A stretch of 64,000 nucleotides of DNA from Octopus sinensis (taxonomy: Eukaryota): contig NC_043001.1 in the NCBI RefSeq assembly GCF_006345805.1, positions 21,080,001-21,144,000 on the forward strand. The letters are read 5' to 3'. The notes below the pieces were generated by a model. The model was given only the letters and a program-made list of their open reading frames with translations, did no database searches and was not told where the DNA came from. Made by a program: the position numbers and the translations under genes. Below are positions 25,807 to 39,004 of this stretch, piece after piece; positions within the stretch are counted from its first letter, which is position 1, and every line of letters starts with the position of its first letter.

Positions 25807-27853
25807 AATACAATTATTGCACATATAATAAGTGTACAATGATGTTCACAGATTAAAAGAATAAAACAAAAGCTACTGAATGTTTGAAAAATATGAAATA
25901 TTTAATTTAATATATTTAACATAAAATCTCTGATGCTGCAGGTTTTCTGAAATGATAAAAGAGAAAAATATACAAATGTAGATTGAGCAAATCCATAACA
26001 ATGACATACATAGCAAAAAGGTTAAGTCAACTAATATTAAATCTTTTTTTTAATTTAACAATATTTAGTTAAACCAAAGGTGGTGAGCTGGCAGAAACGT
26101 CAGCACACCTGGCGAAATGCCTAGCGGTATTTCATCTGCCGTTACGTTCTGAGTTCAAATGCCGCCGAGGTCGACTTTGCCTTTCATCCTTTTGGGGGTC
26201 AATTAAATAAGTACCTATTTCTTTACTACCCACAAGGGGCTAAACACAGAGGAGACAAACAAGGACAGACAAACGGATTAAGTCGATTATATCGACCCCA
26301 GTGCATAACTGGTACTTATTTAATCGACCCCGAAAGGATGAAAGGCAAAGTCGACCTTGGCGGAATTTGAACTCAGAACGTAACGGCAGACGAAATACCG
26401 CTAAGTGTTTCGCCCAGCGTGCTAACGATTCTGTTAGCTCGCCACCTTGTACCAGTAAATCACTGGGGTCGATATAATCGACTTAATCCCTTGTCTGTCC
26501 TTGTTTGTCCCCTCTATGTTTATCCCCCTGTGGGCAACAAAGAAATAAATATTTAGTTAAACCAAGGCAGCAAGCTGGCAGAATGGTTAACAACACATCA
26601 GGCAAAATTCTTAGCAGTATTTCATCTTGTCTTTATGTTCTGTGTTCAAATTCCACCGAGGTTGGCTTTATCTTCCATCTTTTAGAAGTTGATACAATAA
26701 GTATCAGGCTGAGCACTCAAGTTGACGTATTCAGCTTAGCCCCAGCCCTGGACTTGCTGGACTCGGGCTAAAATTTGAAACCAATATTTAGTTAAACCAT
26801 CCCATCATTACAAAATGCATAAACATGCCTACATTCTCTTGGAATACACAGCTAATTGTTTTAAGGGTTCATACATTGTATAGCTGGTCACCAAAATGTA
26901 TCTTGACACGGCAGATAGAATGAAAAGAATGATGGTATATGTAAATATTTGAAATATTAAAATTCAAAACCTTAAAAATAGCAGGTGACTTGTACTAGGC
27001 AAACCATTGTTTCATATATTTCTGAACAAATTTATAGGGCTGGCCATTTGAAAATTTCTTTATATTTCTGTGCTCTTTCAACCACATTATATCTGCTTAA
27101 CCCTTTAGCATTCAGGTTATTCTGTCAAAGGTAACACTTTTTCATTCAATTTGTTTTTAATTAATCCTGCATTATTTTGCAGCTTTGAAATTTTGATGAT
27201 GTGACTGTATATTTTATAATGGCATTGAAGGGTAGGTGTGATAGGCTTGATCTGGACAGTTAGAACATAAAGTAGGAAGCATATTTGGGCCAGATATGGC
27301 TGGTTTAAATGCTAAAGGGTTAATCATGTTTAGAAGAATATCACACTGTTTTGTAGAAAACATTTTACTGCTCACAAAAGTAACCATCAGCATTTATAAT
27401 TAGGACTGTATTGATTGGTATTGAATTTTCCATCTTTTGACCAGCATTTCACTCAAATCCATCCTATCTTCTTAACAGGCATAGAATATTAGCATTGACT
27501 TCTGCAGTGTTCTGGTTGTGTCCACAATGTCCATCTCAGTTGTAGCCATTACTAGAACCTACATACACACAAGAACAGACTGGACACTAAGAAGAAAATA
27601 ATACATCTCACCAAAACTTCCATATTGCACTCATGCAGTAAATCTCTGGTTCTTATACTAAACCATGTCTCTTCAACAAAACAAAGACATGGAGTGTTTA
27701 AAATGTTGTATTTTTAAGTCACAGCAAGTTGTCTATGCGGCACATGTTTAGTAAAACAGGGCCAATCAAGGCCAGCAAAACCACAACTATTTTCCAATTT
27801 TGTAAACCTTAGATTTTTTTAAAATAGAAAATCAAAACTTACCACACCAGATT

Positions 27854-27905
27854 TTATTTCTTCTTTCCAACAATTCCCATCTCTTTCTTCTCTTGGAATG
27901 ATGGA
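27854..27905 (-). CDS. DDX27: DDX27 last coding exon ([16 protein letters not shown])
   Basis: tag acceptor, 52 nt to TAA; GPSFQE matches the conserved GPSF motif. Confidence 0.85.
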
Positions 27906-30900
27906 CTAGAAATAAATGAAAAAGTGAAAAAATAAAATAGAAAGAAATACTTCCAAGTTGAATTTATAACAAAAGAAAGCCATGCTTTGAGATTATATGA
28001 TGGTTCAAAAAGGAGGGTGTGTCCAACTTTGTTTAACAAATGGAATTTTTGGTTGGAAGCTGAAAGTGAGAAGTAGTATTTTTGTTTTCCATTGAAAGTT
28101 TCAGTTTTTGCATTTTTAACTGTTATTAGATAGTTGGATCCTCTTTAAATCATCATCATTTAGCATTCATTTTCCATGCTGGCATGGGTTGAACAGTTGG
28201 ACAGTTTGATTTCGATTTCACTTGCTTCAACAGGTCTTCGCAAGCAGAGTTTAGTGTCCAATGAAGGAAAGGTACGCATAAGTGGGCTGGTTAGACCCCT
28301 GACATAGGCCACAAGGTTATGGTCTCATGAGGTTATGAATAGCTAACTATCGTTAGCTATTCGTAATGTTCATGTTCTCTTTAAGATGAATACGATCATA
28401 AGATCGGTGAGCCCCAAGTTCTCTTCTGTCCCAATTCACTGTTGGAGTTGGTTCACTTAGCCTTCACCATATCACAGCTTGACTACCAGCTGTATCTGTG
28501 GACACAGTAGTGCCTTATATAACATAACATTTATCAAATATCAAAACAACACATTTTGATAATTCCTTGGCTTATATAATTACTGTAATACTGATGATAA
28601 ACAAACAGTAAAAAAAAAAAGAAAAAAAACCTTACCCATATCTGAACTTCTTCACTGATTTCTTGCTCGTGTCTGTTAGTTCTTTATCAAATGACTTTTT
28701 GGGACCCCTCTGCTTTTGTACCTTTTTCTTAGCTTTACCTTTACCTAAATTATAAATACAAGATATATAAATAGGCAGTCAAGTAGGATGATAAAAATAA
28801 AAACCTCATCAATACTAACCATACAGCAGTTCTATATTTAAGAGATGAGGAATTATGTACATTATTTACATTTGACAGATATTTGTCCTCATCTTGTTTG
28901 TTGTTAACAACGTTTCAGCTGATATACCCTCCAGCTCTCATCGGGTGTCTTGAGGAAATTTCGAACCTGGGTTCTCATTCCTAAGGTATTTTTCGATATT
29001 ATTATTATTCAGGTCAATGCCTGGAATCAAACTCGGAATCTTGGGGTTAGTAGCCCGCACTCTTAACCACTATGCCCATGGGCTTATGGTGTAGTGGTTA
29101 AGAGCATAGGCTACTAACCCCAAGATTTCGAGTTCGATTCCAGGCAGTGACCTGAATAATAATAATAATAATATCGAAAAATACCTTAGGAATGAGAACC
29201 CAGGTTCGAAGATTCCCCAAGACACCTGATGAAAGCTGGAGGGTATATCAGCTGAAATATTGTGCTAACAACAAACAAGATGAGGACAAATATCCATCAA
29301 ATGTAAATAATGTAATCATACAGCATTCAAGCAACAAAAAAATAATGCTAAAAATCAAGACACTTTTGTATTAGAAATTTAAAAAACAAGATTGGATGAT
29401 AGGCGCAAGTGTGGTAGTAATACTGAGAAGCTTGCCTGCTACTGTTAAACCATCCAATGATGATAATATACCCTTCGACCAACCATAGCCTTCTGAGTGG
29501 ATTCAGGAGCTTTTGACTGATAGAAGCTCACCATCCATGTATGGTGTGTGCGTGTTAGATATGACACAATGATGTTTAAATCGATGATGATGATGGTTAG
29601 AATGCACTTCAACTAATCCAACTTTTATTACTCAACAGGTTAGCTGGCAGAACTGTTAGCACACCGGGCTAAATGCTTAGCGGCATTTCATCTACTGCTA
29701 TGTTCTGAGTTCAAATTCCACCGAGGTCGACTTTGCCTTTTATCCTTTTGGGGTCGATTAAATAAGTACCAGTTACGCACTGGGGTCGATATAATCGACT
29801 TAATCCATTTGTCTGTCCTCTCTGTGTTTAGCCCCTTGTGGGTAGTAAAGAAATAGCTTAAAAAATATAGAAATGATAATTGGTGTTTTTCCTATTTATC
29901 TTCAACTCACGATTCATTCTTTTACCAGCTTCAATTATTTGAGTATGGTCAATCTGGGGCGATTGTAAGGTCAGTGTCAATAACGATTAAGTTGTATGGA
30001 TGCGTCGATTACACTGATCCCCAATTTATTTTACTTTGGAAGGATAAAAGGCAAAAGGAGAACCTACACAGGATTTGAATTATTCAGAATGCAAGGGACA
30101 TAATCACATTTTATCTTCCATCTGCCACGTTGCCAATCAACACCACTCTAAGATATTTTTTCACGGTTTTTACCACATTGCCAGAGACTCAACTTTTCCT
30201 GATGAATTATATCTCGTTGACGGATTTATTCAAATAGTGTTGTTTCAGAGTCAAATAAATTCCCTGCAATCTTCTTGTGGAGAAAAATGACTTTTTTTTT
30301 ATAGATTTGCTGAAGATTTTATAGATTTACAATGCCCAGGCTAACCTGATTATGATCTTATGACCCTGCCAGGTTCCAAAACATTTGGCCTTTATATGAT
30401 TAGACTAGCTATTTTGACCCGTGCTTTGGTGGTGGTGTTGTTTCCTTTTCCCTTTATTCTTTTGTTCGTCTTCTTTGCCTGGTTCTTTTTATTGCCCTCT
30501 TCTTTACCTCCGCCTTTCCAAAATCCCCCAAATTTTTACATCCACAATTAAAGATAACCGCCTCTAGTCCCTGCAGCAACACGAAAAGCCACCATTATTC
30601 AAACAGCGCAACCTGTCTATCCCATAAAACTCAATTTTCCCCATATTCCTCACCATGGCAACCAAACGGTAGCCCTGAGTGACTTGCAACCCTCCTCACA
30701 CCATTACCCACCCCATTTTACCCCCCAGTGTAAATTTTGACGCCAATCCGATCCCATCCCAAGAAATCAAACAACTTTTTCGCATTTCAGCTTTATAGAT
30801 ACTGATTTAGTGAGATGAAAGATTAAATCAAATGGAAAATAGATCACAACTAGAATGACACAACTTTATTCATCATCATCAGTAGTTTAACATGCTCCTT

Positions 30901-33900
30901 TCCATGTTAGCATAAATCATATTGGAATTCATTGAGACAGATTATCAACACCTGGATGCCCTTTCTGCCAGCACCACCCCTTTCGAGTAAGGTAATATTT
31001 CCCCATGGCCAGACATGTTTCCCTGGAAGATTGGAAATAAAGGATACTGCCTGTATGATGCTCATTTACAACTCAAATGACATTGCATGGTGTCAAAGCA
31101 AGGTGACAGTAACATAAACGTACATGCACACACGATGGGTTTCTTTCGGTTTACATTAGTGGTTCCCATACTTTTTGGGTTGCCACCCGCTTGGCACCCA
31201 GACCACATTCCTAGCAACCCCACCCAACCTACCACTACAAACACAGACCACTTTCTGTATCAAATTCAAAACAACTGTATTTCACAAATAAAATTTAATC
31301 TAATTAACTCATTATTTTGCTGTTTTTTACATCCATCACATGATTTCGGCTACCCCATTATCACCCACAACTTTTCTTCAGTTCCACCCCACCGCATCTT
31401 TCCACTGCCCCCAGTGAGGCACTACTGTTCACTTTGGGCACCATTGGTTTATGCCAACCAAATCCACTGACAATGCTTAGGCTGGCTTCGAAGAAGACAC
31501 TAGCCCAAGGTTTCACACAGTGGGATTGAACCCAAAATCATGTTGCTGGAAACCAAACTTCTTAACCACATAGCTACGCCTATACCTATAAATATAACAA
31601 TGGCTTATTATTATGTTAGCATCGAATTACACTGTACAAGCAGAAGGTTAGCTCATTATTGCAAAGTTCACTTTGACAGTATTTGAGCTCAGAACATAAA
31701 AAAATAAAAATAAATGTGCTCTTTTAAAGCCTAGCCAGGCCCATGGGCCCAGTTTCCCAGTTTCTATGGCATATGTGCTCCCCAGTAGGATGGGACACCA
31801 GTCCATCACAGCGTTACTCATTTTTGCCAGCTGAGTGGACTGGAGCAACGTGAAATTAAGTGTTTTGCTCAAGAACACAAAACGTCACCCGGTCCAGGAA
31901 TCGAAACCACAATCTTACGTTCATGGTGCTGACACCTTAATCACTAAGCCACGCACCTCCACTTCACAACATAAAGCACCATAAGAAATACCCCAAAACA
32001 TTTTCTTTGATATTGGCAAACCCTATGTAATAAATGTAATATGCTGGAATTCCTTCCATTATGTCAGTTACAAACATAAAATATAAAATTTTAGTCATTG
32101 ATAAACTATGAAATCTATACTAAACTCATAACCTGAATATTTTACATATAAAAATCGTTACCAGCATCGCCTTACTGGCACTTGTGCCCATGCCAGGAGG
32201 GTGCCAAGTGCACCATCCAAGCATGATCGTTGCCAGAGCGGCTAATGGGATTCCGTGCCGGTGGAACGTAAAAGGCATCATTCAAGCGTGATCATTATCA
32301 GTGTTGCCTTACTGGTACCTGTGCCGGTGGCATGTGTAAAAAGATTTGAGTGAGATCGTTGCCAGTATCGCCTGACTGGCCTCCGTGCAGGTGGCACGTA
32401 AAAAGCACCCACTACACTCTCGGAGTGGTTGGTGTTAGGAAGGTCATCCAGCTGTGGAAACTCTGGAAGATCAAGACTGGTGCCTGGTACAGCCATCTGG
32501 TTGCCAGCCCTCAGTCAAATTGTCCAGCCCATGCTAGCATGGAAAACGGACGTTAAATGATGATGATGATGATGATGATAAAGACAAGGTCCTTGTTATT
32601 AAACACAACTTACCCTTTTTGGAAGCATCAGGACATGCTTTTATACGTTTTGCCTTTGAAGACTTCTTTGAAAATCGTGCAGCACAAAGCTGTGCTTTAT
32701 GTACTTCATATTCAATGCGGTTCTCTGTCTGTAATAGAAAATAACATACAAGAATAACTTTAGATCCACAATTGTATACACTTAAAAATATATAATGTAA
32801 ATCCAAATGCATTGATTGACTATTTAACCCCTTACCCAACAATTATTTTGAAAACAAATGTATTTTTTCAGACATATTTTTTAATCGTTTTATTTTACTA
32901 TGTTTTGAATGGTGATTTTGAGGTATATTTCAAACCTTATTTATTATGAATTTTAATTCAATAATATTGATTTTAAATTAAGGCATTGGGCAGAAACGAG
33001 TTAACCCGTTTTTATACGAAGGAACTTGTTTGCTGTCGATTTTGGCGAGTCTATCTTTTGACGAGTTAACTCGCCAGAGATGGAAAAAAACGATTTTGGT
33101 CAAAACGCATATATTCGTTTCTGCCGGGTAAGGGGTTAATACCAACACTGGGCACTCATAGAAGTGTTCACTTTATTGGAAGCACTCAGACCAAACTACT
33201 GGTCTGGAGGCCTAAAAGCACTTTTACCTTACTGTTCAGGGTCACAAAATACTTCACTTCACAACAGTTACTAATGTGATACAAAGCTCAGGAGAGACCC
33301 ACTCATCATCATCATGTGTTTGTTTTCCATGTTGGCATAGGTTAGACATTTCAACTAGAACTGGTAAGCCAGAGAGCTGCACCAGGCTTCAGTCTGTTTT
33401 GGCCTGGTTTCTATGACTGGATGCTCTTCTTAATGCCAACCACTCCACAGAATGTACAGAGTGCTTTTAACACGTCACTGGCATGGGTGCTCTTTATGTA
33501 TCACCAGCACTGGTCCCAACTACGATTTCACTATGTTTGACATACCCCAGTCTTAGTCACTTGTCATCACCTCTGTGAGACACAAAAATGCTTCTACACC
33601 CTAAAAGTATTATTACCTTATTGGTCAGACTGGCCATTCTGGAACTCTACCTTTAGGGGTTTTGGTCAATAAGATTGACCTAAGTATTTATTCTGGTACA
33701 CATTTATCAAAAGCTATTCATAGAACGGCTAAATTTGCCAGAGTTACATCTCTTAACTTTTAAGGATTTAAATACCATAAAGTAATTTATACCCATCAAC
33801 AAAAACAGACACGCACAGCATATGCACAATGAGCTTTTGCACAGATTACATATATAACATTTCACAACAAAGCAAGGCTGTGATTGAAGAAACCTGCAAA

Positions 33901-36900
33901 GGGAGCATCGTAGGATTGAACCCAGAATGACATGGCTGGGAAGTGAACATCTTAATCACACAGCCATGTGTGCACTACGATATATGGAATAAAACACAAA
34001 ACTAATTCTCTTATAATAAGGAATTCACAGTACACCCGATCATCACATATAAACAGCCACTCAGTTTGCTTACTGAACTCACCAACATCATACTATTTTA
34101 CTTGTTTCAGTCATTTGAATGTGGCCATGCTGGAGCACCACCTTCAGTCGAGCAAATCGACCCCGGGACTTATTCTTTGTAAGCCTATTACTTATTTATT
34201 CTATCGGTGTCTTTTGCCGAAGCGCTAAGTAACGGGGACGTAAACACACCAGCATCGGTTGTCAAGCAATGCTAGGGGGACAAACACACACACATATATA
34301 CATATATACGACAGGCTTCTTTCAGTTTCCGTCTACCAAATTCACTCACAAGGCATTGGTCGGCCCGGGGCTATAGCAGAAGACACTTGCCCAAGATGCC
34401 ACGCAGTGGGACTGAACCTGGAACCATGTGGTTGGTAAGCAAGCTACTTACCACACAGCCACTCCTCATAGTGGAAGAATTACATATGATTTATACCAGG
34501 AGATTCCTTTTTTCAATGTGGAGACTTGTTTGGATAAGAAAGAAATAAGTTACTTTGAAGTTACTGTGACTGCTTTAGCAGCACCAAACTTCACAGACAG
34601 TTAGGCAAGAAAGTGAAGGGTTAAACAGATGTGTCATACTCAAGTCAGGATATTCTTTGCATATAAGGTTGGTTTTCTTTTTTATATCAAACTAAAATAA
34701 CTCACCTCACCACAACTTTCTACCAATCAATACTACAAACACATAATTTCATCCTATCCCTCACTATTCTCTCCTACCACTATATATCTAAGTCACACCC
34801 AATTCTCCTTCATATTACTCCTCTAACCAAAAAAGAAAAAAAGAAAAAAAAGCTAACTCCTAAGCCTGTTATAAAGCCAGGAAGAATCAGAGTAAATCAC
34901 AGTCTAATGACAGTGAGCAAACCCAAACTTTGAAGTCACTGTCAACCTTTCCCATCAAAAATTAATACGCATACACACACAACAGGCTTCTTCAGTTTAG
35001 AATATGATCTGTAGCTATAGCATAGAATGTGTTAGCTAATGCCCATTAAGTGGGACTGAACCCCTAATCACATGGTTCTGAAGCAAACTTCTTTGTCACA
35101 AAGCCATATATGCTTATATATATATATATATCTGTAAAATAATATGTGACAATTATTCAATAGCCAAGATAAAACTCAGAGATTTATCTTGGCTATTGAA
35201 TAATTGTCACATATTATTTTACAGATAAATTTCCTCTATTTACATAATATTAAGGTCTCTCTCTTTCATTTGTTATCTTACCATTTTTACCAATATATAT
35301 ATATATATATCCTCATTTAGCATACATGTTCTTTGCTACCATGTGTCGGTCAGTCTGACACATGATCATGCATATACTGAAGCAAGTATATGCACAATGA
35401 GCTTTTGCACAGATTATATATATAACATTTCACAACAAAGCAAGGTTGTGATTGAAGAAACCTGCATAGGGAGCATCATAGGATTGAACCCAGAACGACA
35501 TGATTGGGAAGTGAACATCTTAATCACACAGACATGGAGCACTGCCTTTAGTCGAGCAAATCGACCCCAGGACTTATTCTTTGTAAGCCTAGTACTTATT
35601 GTATCGGTCTCTTTTTGTCGAACCACTAAGTCACAGGGACATAAACACACCAGCATCGGTTGTCAAGCAAACACAGACACACACATACATATATACGACG
35701 GGCTTCTTTCAGTTTCCGTCTACCAAATCCACTCACAAGGCTTTGGGCAGCCCAAGGTTCCACGCAGTGGGAATGAACCTGGAATCATGTGGTTGGTAAG
35801 TAAGCTACTTACCACACAGCCACTCCTGCATATATATATATATACACACATACACATGTACACACAATAGGCTTCCACAGAGCTTCCCCTCTATCAAATT
35901 CAGTCACAAAGTATTGTCGGTCTTAGGTTATTGTAAAAGATGCTTCTCCAAAGTGCCATACTGTAGGATTGACTGCACAGGAAATTCCTTTTACCCACAC
36001 AGCCAATTCCTGCACCAGATCTATAAAAACTACTCAATGCATTTACAGGGTCTTCTCTATACGAATACATTTATAGTCATTGAATATTTCTTAACTTACT
36101 GAAACAGGTGTTTGTTTCTTTGACTTTCGCATTCCCTGCAATTGTTTACTTTTCTTAGAAATTGGTTCTTCACTCAGTTTGGAAAGTCTACTATTCACTG
36201 AAATACAGTTTAAGAAGAATACTTTTTAATAAAATGAATTCTTAAAATACACAGGAACATGTGTGTGTGTATACACATACACACACAAATATACATATAT
36301 CCACCCCATCACCATCCTTATATGTCCACTTTCCATGCTGGCATGGGTTGGATGGGTCACTGCAATTTGCATTAGCACACATTTAGTGTCATCATCTTTA
36401 CAGAGTGCACTGGATGCTTTTCTCATGGCATAGGAAGGAACGATGTCCTTGACAAAACCAAAGGACTCTTTCAACTACACTTTAAAGAATGTACTGGGTG
36501 CCCTTTTTGGTCATATTACCAGCACTACAAAGGTAACCATGTTGATGACGTAACTAAAGAGACCTCTTGACTACCACACCTGCTCACTCACCAATGTTTT
36601 TACAGAGTGAATGGCACACAATAGAGTAGTTAGAGGAATGAGTGACAGGGGTACTCAGCCTTCTGGGACAAGTAGTGCACAATCAAGGTAATGTGAGCAA
36701 GAGGATACTATACAAATGGAGTCCTCTCGTTTGTGCACTACGGGCATCCAACTGTAGAAACTCTGCCAACTCAAGATTGGAGCCTGGTGCAGCCATCTGG
36801 TTCGCCAGTCCTCAGTCAAATCGTCCAACCTATGCTAGCATGGAAAGCGGACGTTAAACGATGATGATGATCCGATTCCTCTTATATTCAGTTTTTCTCT

Positions 36901-38965
36901 CAGCTCATTTAATATTGTCATTCATGTGCAAAATCATTACACAACCAGCCACAACAAACTCCCATTGACCCATGCAAGTATGGAAAAGCAGATGCTAAAA
37001 TCACATATACATACATGCATGCTGGACCTCACAGAGGCAATGATTAGTGACCAAGACCTTTGGCAATATGCTATCCTTGAGAAGACTTGTCAACCCAAGT
37101 GACATCGTAGTCATGGTCAATGCTGGTGTCACATAACTGGCATGTAAAAAGCGCCTTTTGAGCATTGGGCCTCATAGAGGCAAATACAAATGATCAAGAC
37201 CTTTGGCAATATTTTGTACTTGAGAACAGGACCCATCAAGCCAAGTGAAATCGTAGCCATGGCAGATTCTGGTGTCATGCAATTGGCACCTGTGCTGGTG
37301 GCACCTAAAAGCACCCATTACACTCAGAGTGGTTGGCATAGGGAAGGGCATCCAGCCATAGAAACCATGTCAAATCAGACTGGAGTCTGGCCCAGCCTCT
37401 CAGCTTACTAGCTCTGGTCAAACCATCCAACCCATGCCAGCATGGACAACGGACATTAAATGATGATGATACACACAAATTGAAATTGCCATAGCAAATT
37501 TATTATTTTTTTTTGTTCCTTCTCGAGCCATGCCTGGCTCATAAGGGCTGGTTTCCCGGTCTCCTTGGCGTATAGGTTCTCCACCCAGATGGGACGCCGG
37601 TCCGTCACAGGTGACCTGCAAGATGCAGGAGGAAAGAGTGAGAGAAAGTTGTGGCGAAAGAGTCAGCAGAAGTTCGCCATTACCGTCTGCCGGAACTGCG
37701 TGGGGGTCAGGGATTTCGCTCATGAACACACACATCGTCCGGTCTGAGATTCGAACCCGCGATCCCTCAACCGCTACTCCGCTGCTCTAACCACTAGGCC
37801 ATATGCCTCCATATAGCAAATTTAGACAATTGCTCAAAACTAAAGTAAAAGGTGTCTAACTATCTCCACATGTAACAAAACAATAAAATCCAATATTTTA
37901 AAGACAAACAGAAGATTAAGAATTCAAAATCAATCAATGAATCGATGCAAAGAAACGATAAATACAAACATTTCTCTTTAATCTTCTCTTTTTTTGACTG
38001 AAACCATTTCCTATTTTGTTCATCTGTTCCTTCCAGTTTATTGTTTATTTGGTTTAACTGCATCTCAGACAGCTGGATTTCCTTCTCTTCCTTTTCAATT
38101 TTTTCCACAGCTTTAATATCATCTTCTAACTGTTCAATCTTATCACGATACTTGTTTATAACTTCTGCAAAAACAATTCAACAATATCAATTAATAAACT
38201 TTAAGTCAGTGGTGGCATGGTTAGAGTATTCAAGAGATTTAACAAAGTATTCAGGTGCAGGAGTGGCTGCGTGGTAAGTAGCTTGCTAACCAACCACATG
38301 GTTCAGGGCTCAGTCCCACTGCGTGGCATCTTGGGCAAGTGTCTTCTACTATAGCCTCGGGCCGACCAAAGCCTTGTGAGTGGATTTGGTAGACGGAAAC
38401 TGAAAGAAGCCCGTCGTATATGTGTATATATATGTATGTGTGTGTGTGCGTTTGTGTGTCTGTGTCTGTCCCTCTAGCATTGCTTGACAACCAATGCTGG
38501 TGTGTTTGCGTCCCCGTCACTTAGCGGTTCGGCAAAAGAGACCGATAGAATAAGTACTGGGCTTACAAAGAATAAGTCCTGGGGTCGATTTGCTCGACTG
38601 AAGGCGGTGCTCCAGCATGGCCGCAGTCAAATGACTGAAACAAATAAAAGAGTATATCATCAACCTCACTGACCCCACAGAAAAAGGCAATAAACAAGGC
38701 AGGATCTGAATTAATTCTGTTTATGAATGTAAAAGAGGAATTTTGGTCTGAAAATAAGGGATAATGCACCAAGTTTTTTGCATGTCACAGCCAATATAGT
38801 TATGTTAAACTTGTACATATGCAGATTAACGCAAAGAGGGAAAGTATGAGCAGAGTCTCTTTTAAGATAAAGATTTGGATGAAATGCCTGGGTAGATGAA
38901 ACATAGTTGGAATGTCAAGAGCCTGATGAGCTGGAAGGAACAGAGCCTGAGAGAGAGAGAGAGAA

Positions 38966-39004
<39 letters not shown>

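Noticed and set aside
28337-28530. Small hairpins in the last DDX27 intron as a snoRNA
   Set aside because: No convincing C/D or H/ACA box arrangement
29088-29152. tRNA gene
   Set aside because: A/B boxes are present, but there is no proper acceptor stem or oligo-T terminator and the two copies differ; it is the head of a repeat
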